The notes beneath the pieces were generated by a model. That model was not told the DNA's origin, made no database searches, and worked only from the letters and a program-made list of their open reading frames with translations. Position numbers and translations under genes: made by a program. A stretch of DNA of 64,000 nucleotides, from assembly GCA_964016885.1 (NCBI GenBank), contig OZ024755.1:9920001-9984000 (forward strand), written 5' to 3'. The DNA comes from Eledone cirrhosa. Taxonomy: Eukaryota. Numbering within the stretch: the stretch's first letter is position 1; every line of letters begins with the position of its first letter. This document shows positions 1-12,294 of the stretch, piece by piece.

Positions 1-8
1 CATCTATA

Positions 9-172
9 CAGTGTTGGATTTAAGACAAATGAGGCCCTGTGCTAGTTAAGTTATGAGGCCACAAACATTTGAAAAATTCATCATCAAAAGTTTTGGTAGG
101 AAGATGGGTCCTTCCTGGCCAATGGGGCCCTGTGCTTAAGCATACCTAAGCACAATGGTAAATCCTGCACTG
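9..172. mobile_element. hAT-like MITE
   Basis: TIRs cagtgttggattta (9) / taaatcctgcactg (172); flanking 8-mers catctata and gatcaata (6/8) fit a decayed 8-bp TSD. Confidence 0.65.
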
Positions 173-706
173 GATCAATACAAGTGGTATAAATGGAAAA
201 TATATACACAGTATATAGCCTGACAGCAAAATAAAAGATTTATCAATATATTGTTAAAAGTATTTTCAGAAGAGAAGAAGACTGGCGCTATTGGTGTAAC
301 AAGACATATTTGTTGTTACATGGTTCAAAGTTTTCTAGAGACAACTTGGTATACCATTCTTTTGGCTTAAATAAACTATATACTAATAATACATTGAAGT
401 GAAATCAATAAACTATATCCATTCTTTTATTCTACTGGCATTATGCCTCATCAAAAGAAATCATTATTTCAGAAGAGGAAAAAACAGTATAGTAATAGAA
501 ATATTTCAGTGCCAGACAAAACGATTTGGACTATTTAGTGTTGTTGACCTTCTGTAGTTTAAATTCAAATCTTGTAAGGGTTTATTTATTTTTCAACCAT
601 TCTGGATTTATAAACTAACTCTGGTATATCTTGGGAGTTGATTTCATTTTTCTCTTTTTGTTTAGTTAGGTGAAGTCACTCAGTCTAATGATTAGGCTGT
701 TGGACT

Positions 707-865
707 CTCCTCCTCCTCCACTTATTCGTGAGAGGGTCATGGAGTCAGAATCCTCAAACACTTCTTCCAGTGGGTCATGTCAGAAACAACCATCTCCAAT
801 TGATCTGGGTGGATCCTCAAACGAGACCAGCTGAGCTCATGGATGTTATCCAACCACCTTGCTCA
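707..865 (-). mobile_element. RTE-clade LINE 3' fragment
   Basis: Minus strand reads ARWLDNIHELSWSRLRIHPDQLEMVVSD..WKKCL, the RTE ORF C-terminal style; same family as 42480-42810. Confidence 0.7.
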
Positions 866-1374
866 AATATCATAGGTTTGATCATAGGGTTAACACTCCG
901 ACTACTGCTGCTGGTACTTATTTTTAGCTGAGTTGACTGGAGTAATGTCACCACTATATATATACACTATATACACAATATACATATTATATATATACAC
1001 ACTATATATACACTATATACATACTATATATGATTTTTGTCCAAGAGAAAGGTGAAAACTGATACAGTGTGGCATCAGTGGCTACACAATATATTTTTTC
1101 CAGCTGAGTGAACTGAAGTTTAAAACTTTCAGGTTTGCCATCAAATTTATAAATAACATTGGTCCTTAGTTGTTTGTTTTATATGTTTGTTTGTTGTTAA
1201 TAAAGTTTTTAATTTTAGTTTCACTGTGAAATAGACCTATGGGGGTTGGCTGGAGGTGAAGTAAAGGTCAAGGGTTAAACCAAATAGCCTAACTGTGATT
1301 AAACAATTATTTTTTAGCCTGTAATATTTGGGATGATTGCGCAACCTGAGCCACGATCACTGTCAATGAACTGT

Positions 1375-1670
1375 TTGTCATTGTTGGTGGAGTCACTTTA
1401 CTAAAGTATCAGGTAATGCTTGTGAAGGTTTGAGAGGATACTTGGCTATTTTAGCATCTTAGCCATGCTATCACCTGTTGCAATGCTGTTTGTGTCTAGA
1501 CTTGACACAAAAGTCACATTTGATATGTTTGGGGTAGTTGGACTACTGACAATGAGGTTCTTATTATTGTTGGTGAGGTCACTTAGGTAACACTCTTGAG
1601 GGTGCTTGGCTATTTCAGAACCTTAGCCTCGCTACTACCTGTGGCAATGTTGTGTCTTGGCTTGCCTCAA
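1375..1670. repeat. Diverged direct duplication (~185-bp period, 2 copies)
   Basis: tgttggtg..gtcactt...cttggctatt...cttagcc...acctgt.gcaatg occurs at ~1380-1490 and ~1567-1655. Confidence 0.6.
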
Positions 1671-2569
1671 ACTTTTTGTTTTTTGAAGGGAAACACCCAC
1701 ATTCCCTGTTGTAGTGTAATAAAGTGTATAATTGTGTTTTAATTTCTTGTGATTTTTTTCTTTTGTAAATCATATCAAGCCTTCTGGTGATAAGGGGCAT
1801 TGGGGGCTTAAGCCCCTCAAATGGGACTTTGTCAGTTTCAACGATAAGTGTTCCTGTTGTGGGATCAACAGGACAGCCAGCTTGCGAAATTAACGTGCAG
1901 GTGGTTGAATATTCCACTAGCATATATACCTTTAACATAGTTTTTAGGGGTATTTAGCATGATACAGTCTGGGCCGGATTTAATGGGGGGGGGGGGGGGG
2001 GCAATTGCCTCGGGTCCCTTGCAGTGGGGGCGGGGGGAAACACGAGCGACGACAGTAGCAATTTATTTGTGCCCTCAGCTAGGCTTTCTAGTTTTAGGGT
2101 GGTTAAAAATTTTAAAATGTAATGCCTGTATGTATAACTTTTCAATTCCAATTACTTGAGCCAAGCTAACTTTGATATGTAAGATTGGGGCGTTTGCTGG
2201 GTATTCTAATATTTTTTATGTATGAGGGGCCTTCCAAACCTGTGTGTGACAAGGCTGGCTCTTTACATTACTGGTACAGTCCATCTGATTTACCGCTCTT
2301 CCAAACAGCTTCAGGCAACCCAGAGTCACTTACAAGGCATGGGTTGAACAGGGGCTTTGGTAAATGGCACTTGCCCAATATGGGCGTACACTCAAATCGA
2401 ACCCTGGATCCTGTGATTGCTAAGGGAACCTCTTAACCATTCAGCCATGCTGATGAGATAAACACAGACATGGACACATGCCTTGTACATTATGTAAATG
2501 AGTTTGTGCCTTGTCACACACTTGTTTACATTTGAATATGTAGTCTTCTTGTAATTATGGGTGGTGGTG

Positions 2570-3480
2570 GTGAACGGATCGCGATGAATTGTTTAATAAC
2601 AGTGAAACTAGTCGATTCATGCTTCCCCTTACATCGCAGATAAGGCACAATTACACAGCGAGACTACATGCGTATGGATATAAGTCCGTATATTCATTCA
2701 TAACTCACCTCGTATGAATACTCTAGAAATACACACACGTACACGCACGTACGTATGTATGGACATATATATATATATAATGTAATATATATATATATAA
2801 TGTATGTATATATATATATATGTATAAACATACGTGTGTGTACATAATGCATACACATACATGCGTGCTCGGGGAAGAGTTGAGAAAGAAGAGAGAGAGA
2901 GAGAGAGAGGGGAAGAGAGAGAAACAAAGAGAGAGTAGGAGTGGGAGGATTGGTTTGAATTAAAATTTATGAATGAATGTAACAACATGCGTTTCGGAAA
3001 AAATGTAAATCGGTCTACATTTACCGTATTACGTGTCTCTCTTCAGACTTCTAGTCATACATATATATCCTCCTCCTCCTATATTATAGTGATGTTGATG
3101 TTATATCAGAACGGAGCCTTTGAATATTAAACCTCCGATCTTCGTGTTTACAACAACAAAACACTGAAAATATTCTGCAATCTACACTAAAATGCCGACA
3201 ACACATAATGTTAGTATTTATATAATTATTATGCGTCGAGTGGGTTTTCCATTCAGGCTGATGTCATTGGAATGAATGAACATCTTGACTGATAAACAAA
3301 GCGGTGGGGGTTTACTTGAACATTTTTCTATCTGGATTTGATCCTGGAATCTTTTGATCAGTGGGTAAACGTTACATTTCCTGCTTGTTACCTTATTTCA
3401 TTCGTGTAAAATACACAACATAACGAGCTGAATGGAAGAATGAGAAAAAATGTTTTGACTCTCCTAGGTAAGTTAGCTTT
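2570..3480. promoter_or_regulatory. CpG-retaining region with divergent splice donors; candidate bidirectional promoter / first exons
   Basis: CpG appears abruptly after ~2570. Minus-strand donor GAG|GTGAGT (exon end 2709) and plus-strand donor TAG|GTAAGT (exon end 3467) point away from each other. Confidence 0.35.
3440..3467 (+). CDS. Possible short first coding exon (MRKNVLTLL, phase-1 donor); product unknown
   Basis: ATG at 3440 is open up to the consensus donor AG|GTAAGT at 3467/3468. No downstream exon is confidently identified. Confidence 0.15.
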
Positions 3481-3678
3481 AGTAACAAGTTGTTTATGAA
3501 AACAGCGGGAATGAAGGGAAAGTATTTTTTTAAATCATTTATTTTCTCTTTATTTCTTGTCAGCATTTCTATATATTTTATGTTATTTTCTCTCTAACGT
3601 TTTTCTTCCTTAGTGTTTGTTCTTCCTTTTTTTTTTCTTCACACTTTTACTATAATATTTCTATTCCGTATATCTATT

Positions 3679-3714
<36 letters not shown>

Positions 3715-3732
3715 ATGTATAATAAACAATAC

Positions 3733-3810
3733 AATAACCTCATTACCAGAGGTTTCCCGAATAAGACGAATACAAGAAACGTCCTCATTCGTTCGTCAGA
3801 CAAGGCAATT
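3733..3810 (-). ncRNA. Hammerhead-ribozyme-like motif (Penelope-type, degenerate)
   Basis: Minus strand: attgcc-ttgt-CTGACGA-a-cgaatgaggacg[loop]cgtcttattcg-g-GAAAC-ctc-t-ggtaat. Long stem II; attgcc/ggtaat can pair. Confidence 0.4.
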
Positions 3811-4420
3811 TATATATATATATATATAGGCAATACTTATATATATATAATATATGTGTGTGTGTGTCTGTATGATATGTCTGTGTGTGTATATATATTT
3901 GTAGGTGTATATATGTATGTTTACACTCTTCCGTATATCATCTATATTTCTGGATCTCTGTAATTCTGTCTTACCAGTCCACTCCAATTACATCATTTAC
4001 TTATTTTATTTATAGTATATAATTGTTTTATTAATCAACCACCTTCTCTATCTATACCGGACACTCGACTCTCCTAAGTGGTAGTGGTGGGTGGTATGTA
4101 GTGGTGGTGCACCATTCTATGTCCCACTTTAAAATTATTTTATTTTATTTTATTTCTTTCTAATCGTTCCCAATGTTTGTTTAACCGAGTTTTAAAATTT
4201 AATTAATGTATTCAGCTGTCACCACTTTTGTTAAGCTATTACCATTTCGTACTATTTTGAAAACTAATTTTTTCTGCTTTCTATTTGATATTTTCATGGA
4301 GACGTATGAAAGCCACAAAATCTCCACCACCCCCTATTAATATATATGTCCATTTAATAAATATGTATGTTTGTTTGTTTGTTTGAGTAATCTCTAATAT
4401 AATATAAATATATATATATT

Positions 4421-4530
4421 TATCAATGATGATTAATAAATGGAAACTATCTTTATAAAACCATATTTATTTTATAATAAAATAAATATGGTTTTATAAA
4501 GATAGTTTCCATTTATTAATATCATTGATA
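4421..4530. repeat. Near-perfect AT-rich palindrome (~110 bp)
   Basis: 4432-4475 is the exact reverse complement of 4477-4520. A further 10 bp pair after a 1-nt bulge. Confidence 0.95.
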
Positions 4531-4615
4531 TTATACTCCAGAAGAATATTGTAGAGTGCTTCGAATCTGTTATAATTAAATTTGTTGAATAACCAACAAA
4601 TTAAATAACTCTTTG

Positions 4616-4668
<53 letters not shown>

Positions 4669-5805
4669 TGTTTTCTTTTGAAGTCCCAAACAAGGTGTGA
4701 AGCCACCCAGTGTAAGGGACTGTGAACACGGAGAAATTAAGACGAAAGGAATATATTATATGTTTATCTATCGTTAATGAAAATCTACGTTATTTTTACC
4801 AGTAGTGAAAAAGTATTCGGAAATCTTATAGGATGTTTCCACTAGTATATTATTCTAGTTCAAGGTTTGGTAGAGCGGCGGGCTGATTAACATAGGAACT
4901 TATGATTACGTAATCTTATTCATTTCTGATACGGTATCTCTATTTGAACCCTCCCCCTTTTTAGTGTGTGTGTGTGTGTGTGACATATCATCATGTTTTT
5001 ACATTTTTATCATAAATTATCTACAGCGTGTTTCGTCGTAGATTTCAGGAGTAAAGAGAGTAAAACGTTACGGCTTTCCTCAACTTCTAAAACCTGACTT
5101 TCTCAGAAATAATGTATTCCGCTCAAGAACCAGCATCTTATCAAAATACTGACACAATTTATTCACAAACATCCGTATATCTAAATGATGCCTGTATATG
5201 TATACATTCGTATACAAACAGCTCGAGTGTGTGTGTGTGTTACTATTATATATGTATGTACGTCTGTATGTGTGTATATATATTGTGTAGATAGATACAA
5301 GTACACAGAGATGGATTGATCAGCACCGTATATCTCTTGCCATACACAAACAAACAAACATACATACACACGTACATACATACACACATACACTCATATA
5401 TACATACAAAAACATAGATACATGTGCGTGTATGTCTATATGTGTGTGTGTGTGTGTGTGTATTTCTATGAATGATGTAGACATGTAATGTACATCTGTG
5501 TAGTTTGTCAATTTCACTTCTACAACTATCACACACACAGTGATGGACACATGCCACATGCACACATACACATACAGATAGACACGCATATACACAGACA
5601 TTCAGACAGACACACACTTACAGACTTACACACACACACAGCGATGGCGACATACGATGTGTTTACCTCTATATTTCCTTGAGGAGGGAAAACGCCCTTT
5701 TCCCCAAGATACGTAAACATACTTTTATCGCTCTCCCTCACCTTCTCCCCTCTCTTCTTCTTCTTCTTCTATAAGCTTTTCTCTAGTTTTCTTCATCTTT
5801 CTTAT

Positions 5806-6027
<222 letters not shown>

Positions 6028-6360
6028 ATTTCAAGAGCTTTCAGTTTTGGTAATTAACCTTCTGTCCACTCCCTAGAATTAGCATATTTACTTTCTGAAT
6101 GGCCAATACTTTATTTTACTGATATATATATATATATATATATAGGAGAGAAACAAAATAACAACAAACTTAGTGACCGAGAAGGTCACAGAATGTGACG
6201 AAAGAGCTTTGATGACAATCAACAACTAAACAACCATCTGGTTATTAAACTAACGGACTAGAAAATTATAATAATAAATTGAAGTGAAACCCAACAGGTG
6301 TGTGTATTTTTAATTGCCAGCATGGGCCTCCCAAAGTATAACAATATCTATCTATGCATC

Positions 6361-6562
<202 letters not shown>

Positions 6563-6574
6563 TCCTGGGTTTAA

Positions 6575-6705
6575 TCGGTGGTAACCACAGTAAGGTACTA
6601 AATACATTAGTAGAGTGTAAACAACAAATTTAATATAGAAATGGCTTCTACAGGTAAGAACTCTTTCATTCGAATGAAACAGTTCTAGTCCTGTAGAAGC
6701 CATAT
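6575..6705. mobile_element. Dispersed repeat in inverted arrangement, possibly a Penelope-like terminal repeat
   Basis: gaatgaaacagttctagtcctgtagaag..atttctatattaaat recurs at 7670-7790 and 19338-19630, and reversed at 28670-28760. Here a reversed part abuts a forward part. Confidence 0.45.
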
Positions 6706-7067
6706 ATATATAAATATGTATGTGTGTGCATACTTATATACATATAAATTAGTGATGCACTGATAAGCAAATTGGTCGATTACTGATGAATCAGTCACCG
6801 ATTATCTATAAAGTAATTATATATTGTGATATAAAAATGCGTATTATAGTTAATTGTAAGTAATATATTATGATATTTCATAATTAATAACAATTATAAG
6901 CTACTATTTGAGATGTGATGACAAAAACTGATTTTACCATCCTAGGTAACATAGGAGTTATGCCATCTTAGCAATCTCAAGTAATTTCCAGTTGTGTCAT
7001 TTTTCATCACAAAGAACACATCTATATTTTATTGGTTGTGTTAAATTTTGTGTCTTAGGAAATAATA

Positions 7068-7455
7068 CAAACCTGCCAACCTCTAAAATCCCAAACGAGG
7101 AGTACCATGAAAAAAAAGTTGCCCCAAAATGGGGAAAAATGAGGCAAAATGGAGAGATTTTATATAATTGTTTCTACTTTAGGCACAAGGCCAGCAATTA
7201 TCCAGTGCATTACTGGTACTTTATTTTTATCGACCCCGTAAGGATGAAAGGCAAAGTCAACCTCGGCGGGATTTGAACTCAGATCGTAAAGGGATGTAAC
7301 TATGCTGGAAAGCATGGCGTCCGACCCTCCACCGATACTGCCAATCCACCTATATAATGAAAGCTATACCCATTTTCACAAGAGAAGACATCTCTCACCC
7401 ACTTTGAGGTGGGTGAGAGATGTCCCACATCGGACAGAGAGCGTTGATAGGTCTG
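7068..7455 (+). mobile_element. MITE (cagacctgccaac-type TIR) interrupted by a SINE
   Basis: Ends caaacctgccaac / gttgataggtctg; an uninterrupted inverted sister copy lies at 9089-9275. Confidence 0.75.
7169..7350 (-). mobile_element. tRNA-derived SINE family A (short subfamily)
   Basis: B-box-like GAGTTCAAATCC on the minus strand, body shared with >20 copies, TSD tatataat (7161-7168, 7351-7358). Confidence 0.9.
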
Positions 7456-8094
7456 ATAATATGTTTCTTATATATTTTCTAGTTGTTAAATCCAACAAGT
7501 TTTCTGAATTTCTCCCTTATCTATGGTTTTCTTGGTCCAAAACAGTGATAGTTGATTATCAAAACCAATTAATTGGAAATAAAAGCTGATACAAATTAAT
7601 TGGCAAAATGGCTGCTATGGCAGATACTTATATCTGTTGATTGATCGATGAAACCTTAATATAAATATGTCAGGACATTCCTGATCATTGCATATGAATG
7701 AAACAGTTCTAGTCCTGTAGAAGTCATTTCTTTATAAAATAAATATGCTTCTTCTCTATTAATGTATTGAGTATCTTATTTAACTGTGGAAACCTTTCCA
7801 TAATTATAAATACCACCATCATCATCATCATCGTTGTTTAACATCCATTTTTCATGCTAGCATGGGTTAAACAAGTTGTCCCATTGTGAATCAAGTCAGG
7901 TAGGTGATTGTGTCTTGCTCATACAGAACCGTTTCTGGTTTGGTTTCTATGGCTGGATGTCCTTCCTAATGCCAACCATATTTACAGTGTTGACTGAGGG
8001 ACTTTTATTGTGGTAACAAAATGACCACTTTACAGTGACCCCCGGTCTAAATCCAACCTTGGTTAAATGGTGACCTTTTGCTGACCAACTCAAT

Positions 8095-9705
8095 AATTAG
8101 TGATAAGGACTTCATTACTGTGGCTGATGAGTGTAGATATGGTGGACAGCACCAAGGGGGCTACTGTGGCATATAGGGTGACTACTTTATAATACATGGT
8201 AGCTGTAGATATGGTGGACATCACCAGGATGGTTACTGTGGAGTACAGGGTGGCTACTCTGGAGTACTGGGGTGGCTGTAGATATGGTGGACATCATCAG
8301 GATGGTTACTGTGGAGTACAGGGTGGCTACTCTGGAGTACTGGGGTGGCTGTAGATATGGCTTGAGAAATGAAGAAAGATGAAGTCTTCCAGATTTTTGT
8401 GATATAAATAACCTAATCATCTGAAATACTAACTTCAGGTAACTGACCACACACTTGGTCATTTGCCAATTTGGCAAACACTCAAGCCAGATTGACTTCA
8501 TTCTCACGAGGAAATGGGATAGACAGATGGTTGTGAATACCAAGTATTTTCCTGGAGAAAAATGTACTATTCAACATAGACTAATTGCTAGTGACACAAA
8601 CGGTGATCTGTAGATGGACTTAGCAAAGGACAATATGTTGTAGATGGAAGAGAAACTAGATGGCAGGTTTACATTGCACAAAGAGAATCTGAAAGCAAGA
8701 GGTCAGCCAATGATCAATGTGTGGAACAGAGGTTTGAGGTGTCTGGATTACAAGGCAGTGTGTCAGTGTCAATATCCGTGTGAATCGAGACATTGTTGAG
8801 GAAAAGTGTTAGGAATGATGCACTTAGTCTCACTGACGCTCAGAACAAGGAAATATTATTTATAAGAGGTTACTAAGTGTGGTGAATGAGTTGAAGTAAA
8901 AGGAACTGTTCTCAGTAGATCCTGATATTATATAAATAGTAATATGTTTAAGGATATGAAGGATTGAAAATCTATTGGGACATCTGGGATTGTTGAAGAG
9001 ATAGTGAATATATATATCATGAAATATGGCTTGAGTGAGACAACCAGGTAATACATGATGGTGAAATACCCGATGAATAGCTTAACAGCAGTCCTGTTCA
9101 CTCTCCCTGTCTGACGGGGGGTGGGGGAGAGATATCTCCCACCCACTTTGGGTTGGGTGAGAGATGTCTTCTCTTGTGAAAATGAATATAGCTTTTATTA
9201 TGTAAAATCTCCCTATTTTGGAGCACTTTTTTTCATGGTACTTCCTGTTTTGGTTTTTAGAGGTTGGCAGGTCTGTAGCAATATCATCATTAACTGCTAC
9301 AAAGACAAAGGAGATACTTTACAAAGGAATGATGACAGTTTTAGTAAATAGGAAAGAAAAGGACACACATTACAATCAGAGAAATAGCTGTGATGAATAT
9401 CTAAAAAAGGAGGAGGTAGGAATTCTATATTCTGTACACAATATAAAATATGAGTACACAAAAGATGTAGTGGAATTGTAAGCAGGCTAATAGAAAAGGT
9501 GAACTTTTATATGACAGATGCACAGGGATAGTTGATAGAGCATCAATGAAATAAACATTTATAATAGGGGGAAGGCTTCGTAGAGTAGTAGTTGATAGCT
9601 TCTGTTACCCAGGTGACCTTATTATTAGGGGGGGGGGGGGGGCTCGGAAGGTATTATAGCTAGAATGAATGGAAAAAGTTCAGGGAGCTACTACTTCTGT
9701 TGGCA
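8095..9705 (+). mobile_element. Fragmented RTE-clade LINE (APE endonuclease and RT remnants)
   Basis: 8341-8595 translates GGCRYGLRNEE*..DFCDINNLII*NTNFR..SQIDFILTRKWDRQMVVNTKYFPGEKCTIQHRLIASD. ~9050-9330 gives VIHDGEIPDE..IIINCYKDKGDTLQRN; ~9590-9705 gives VDSFCYPGDL..KKFRELLLLL. Multiple stops. Confidence 0.85.
9089..9275 (-). mobile_element. MITE (same family as 7068-7455) inserted in the RTE remnant
   Basis: Ends gttggcaggtctg; its reverse complement aligns to 7068-7160 plus 7351-7455. Confidence 0.75.
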
Positions 9706-9904
9706 GACGGAAACTACATAGAAGCCCATATATATGTGTGTTTGTAAAATGTATGTTTGTAAAACATTTATTATTAAGAAAGTTATGAAGAAACAAAGTC
9801 AGGTAGGGGCCACTAAACTATAGTTCTCTCTCTTTCTTTCTCCCATTCTGTCATATATGTGTGTGTGTGTATACACATATGTATACCCCCCCCCACACAC
9901 ACAC

Positions 9905-9941
<37 letters not shown>

Positions 9942-10383
9942 CGACATAATTGGTTTAATGTCCCGCCCCTGCTCCCACCTGATTTTATTTCCCCATAACT
10001 TTCTTAATAAGAGATTCTTTGTAAAGACACAATTTAGAATGTATAGATTGCGATTCTATTGATTTAAAAAAAAAAAAAGAAATTAAATCTAAATTAAATT
10101 AAGATTATCATTTCATCATTTTCCACCCACGGAAATTACCGGAAGTTTTCTGTAATCTTAAAACGAAGGATTACCTACTATAATTTCTCATCTTGTTAGT
10201 TCTCTCTCATATGTTGTCATTCATCATTACTTATAGCAATGACATCATCTTAGCGATTGTTGTTACTAAGCATTGCTTTTCGGATTTTCCTTTAACAAGC
10301 CATTGGTCAATCAACACACACAAACAATTGTCTAAGCTATAATATAACCCATGATTTTCCCCTCTTTTCTTAATCTTAAGTTC

Positions 10384-10658
10384 TTAAAATCCTTTTGATA
10401 CCAAACCACCTGAAACCGCCCCTAGTTAGTTTTATGATATGATACCAAAGCTGTTTGTTTATTTTAAAGTGTTTATATTTATCTGGCTGAATAGCTTTCG
10501 TCATAGATTTATGTAAGAATCTTTGTTAAGTTATGTTCCAAATATAAAATAATGAAAAAAATAAAATCATGTTTATTTTACTAAATACCTAACTAAACCC
10601 CTTCAAATTCTTGATTATACAATGTCTTTCATTATAAATATGGTAACTAAAGGGTTAA
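10384..10658. mobile_element. piggyBac-like MITE family C
   Basis: Starts ttaaaatccttttgataccaaaccacctgaaacc and ends ggtaactaaagggTTAA. Relatives at ~14405-14584, 35274, 35955-36018, 43088, 44985-45036, 48115. Confidence 0.6.
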
Positions 10659-10952
10659 TAAGAAAGTTAATTTATTTTATTAAATCCTTTCAAATTCCTG
10701 TTTATTTCAAAAGTGGGAAGTAGAATAAACATGGTAACGAAAGTTTAACCCTTTCGTTACCTTGTTTATCCTACCCCCCTCTTTATATCCTTTTCACACT
10801 AAACAGCTGTTTTTATTCAGTGTATTCAGTAACATCAGCGACATCGCATGAAAATCTGCTTCTTTACTTAAACAATCTATTCTAATCACATATATATTAG
10901 CTTTTAGTCTCCTTTTTGTAAATTATGGATTTTATTGTTATTCCATCAATAT

Positions 10953-11165
10953 GGCCATAGATTGACAGAACCAGTAGAGCGTCGGACAAAATGCTTTGTA
11001 GTATTTAGTTACGATTTTCTACGTTCTGAGTTCAAATCCTACCGAGGTCAACTTTGCCTTTCATCCTTCCGGGTTCGATCAAAGTAAAGAAAGGGCTAGG
11101 TACGATATAATCGACTTTCCCTTACCTCTAAATGGCTGGCCTTGTGTCTAGATTATAAATCATTT
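10953..11165 (+). mobile_element. SINE family A (long form)
   Basis: ttctgagttcaaatcctaccgaggtcaactttgcctttcatcc...aatcgactttccc...ggccttgtg. Confidence 0.85.
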
Positions 11166-11809
11166 TATTCCCCCAATACGTATTTTCTCTTATTTTACTC
11201 TCTCCCTTTAATTACCTGTCTGTCTATCTACCTCTCTATCTACTTGTCTGTTTACCTCTCTATCTGTCTATCTACTTGTCTGTTTACCTGTCTATCTATC
11301 TTCCTGTCTCTATTTACCTATCTGTCTATCTACCTGTCTCTCTATCAACCTGCCTGCTTACCTGTCTGTCTATCTCTATCTGCCTGTCTGTCTGTTTTCT
11401 TGTGTATCTACCTGTCTATCATTTATTGATATATAAACCTACTCTTTGTTATCTGAATCCTTCCTGTTTATAGGAAAAAATGTCACAAGAAAAAGTCAGA
11501 GGAAAAATAGGTGGAAAATGTCAGGCTGGATGCTCTTCCTGATATTGACCAATTTACAGAGTGTACTGGGTGCATTTTATTGTGGCGCCAGTACTACCAC
11601 TTGTCTATTTCTTATAGTTTATATGAAGCTCTGGTGGTTATAATTGTATTGGGAAAGTCTGTACAATGTTAGTTAGAAATACAAGAGTGAAATCTAGAGT
11701 ACAGTAAGACAAACAAAACAACAGTTAACATTTTTACCTTATATTTCATGATATTTTCATCTGTTTTTCTTTTGTATTCATTATGAATTATTCAAAAGAA
11801 GTTAAGCTA

Positions 11810-12200
11810 CAATGGTTTAGTGTTGCCTTGAATATAGATGTTCTACAGAGGTTAAAAAGAAATAAGGCATTCATGCTTTACTGGATGTGTAGTGTTAGTG
11901 TTTGTGAACGACAGAACACAAGTGAACTGAGAGAAAAGTTGTGTGTAAATGGAATTGAATATGGTGGATGCTGGTATAGGCATGGGATGTGTATGGAGAA
12001 TGAAAGCTGTATAAAAGAGAAAGAAAGAAGGAATGTCAAGCACTTCAAATAGATGGAACCTGTAGAAAAGGGAGACTAAAGAAGACATGGGACAAAGTTG
12101 CAAAGAATAATTTCAGGAAACCTTATGAAGGATATGAGCTAGGATCAAGCTGACTGGTGATATGCGGTAATACAAAAGACTCATCCAACAGTACAAATAC
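11810..12200 (+). mobile_element. RTE LINE 3' fragment
   Basis: LQRLKRNKAFMLYWMCSVSVCERQNTSELREKL...DGTCRKGRLKKTWDKV, typical of the RTE C-terminus. Confidence 0.8.
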
Positions 12201-12294
12201 TGTGACACTAAAATTAATTGTGGTGAGAGACCGGAAGCTACAGCATTTGACAATTGAACAGAGGCAATATAGGGTTAGAGTATGTGACAGCCTC

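Larger units (their letters stand above)
6750..7658. mobile_element. hAT-like non-autonomous element hosting nested insertions
   Basis: Decayed TIRs tagtgatgcactgat / atcgatgaaacctta, with a perfect 8-bp TSD ATATAAAT (6742-6749, 7659-7666). Confidence 0.7.
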
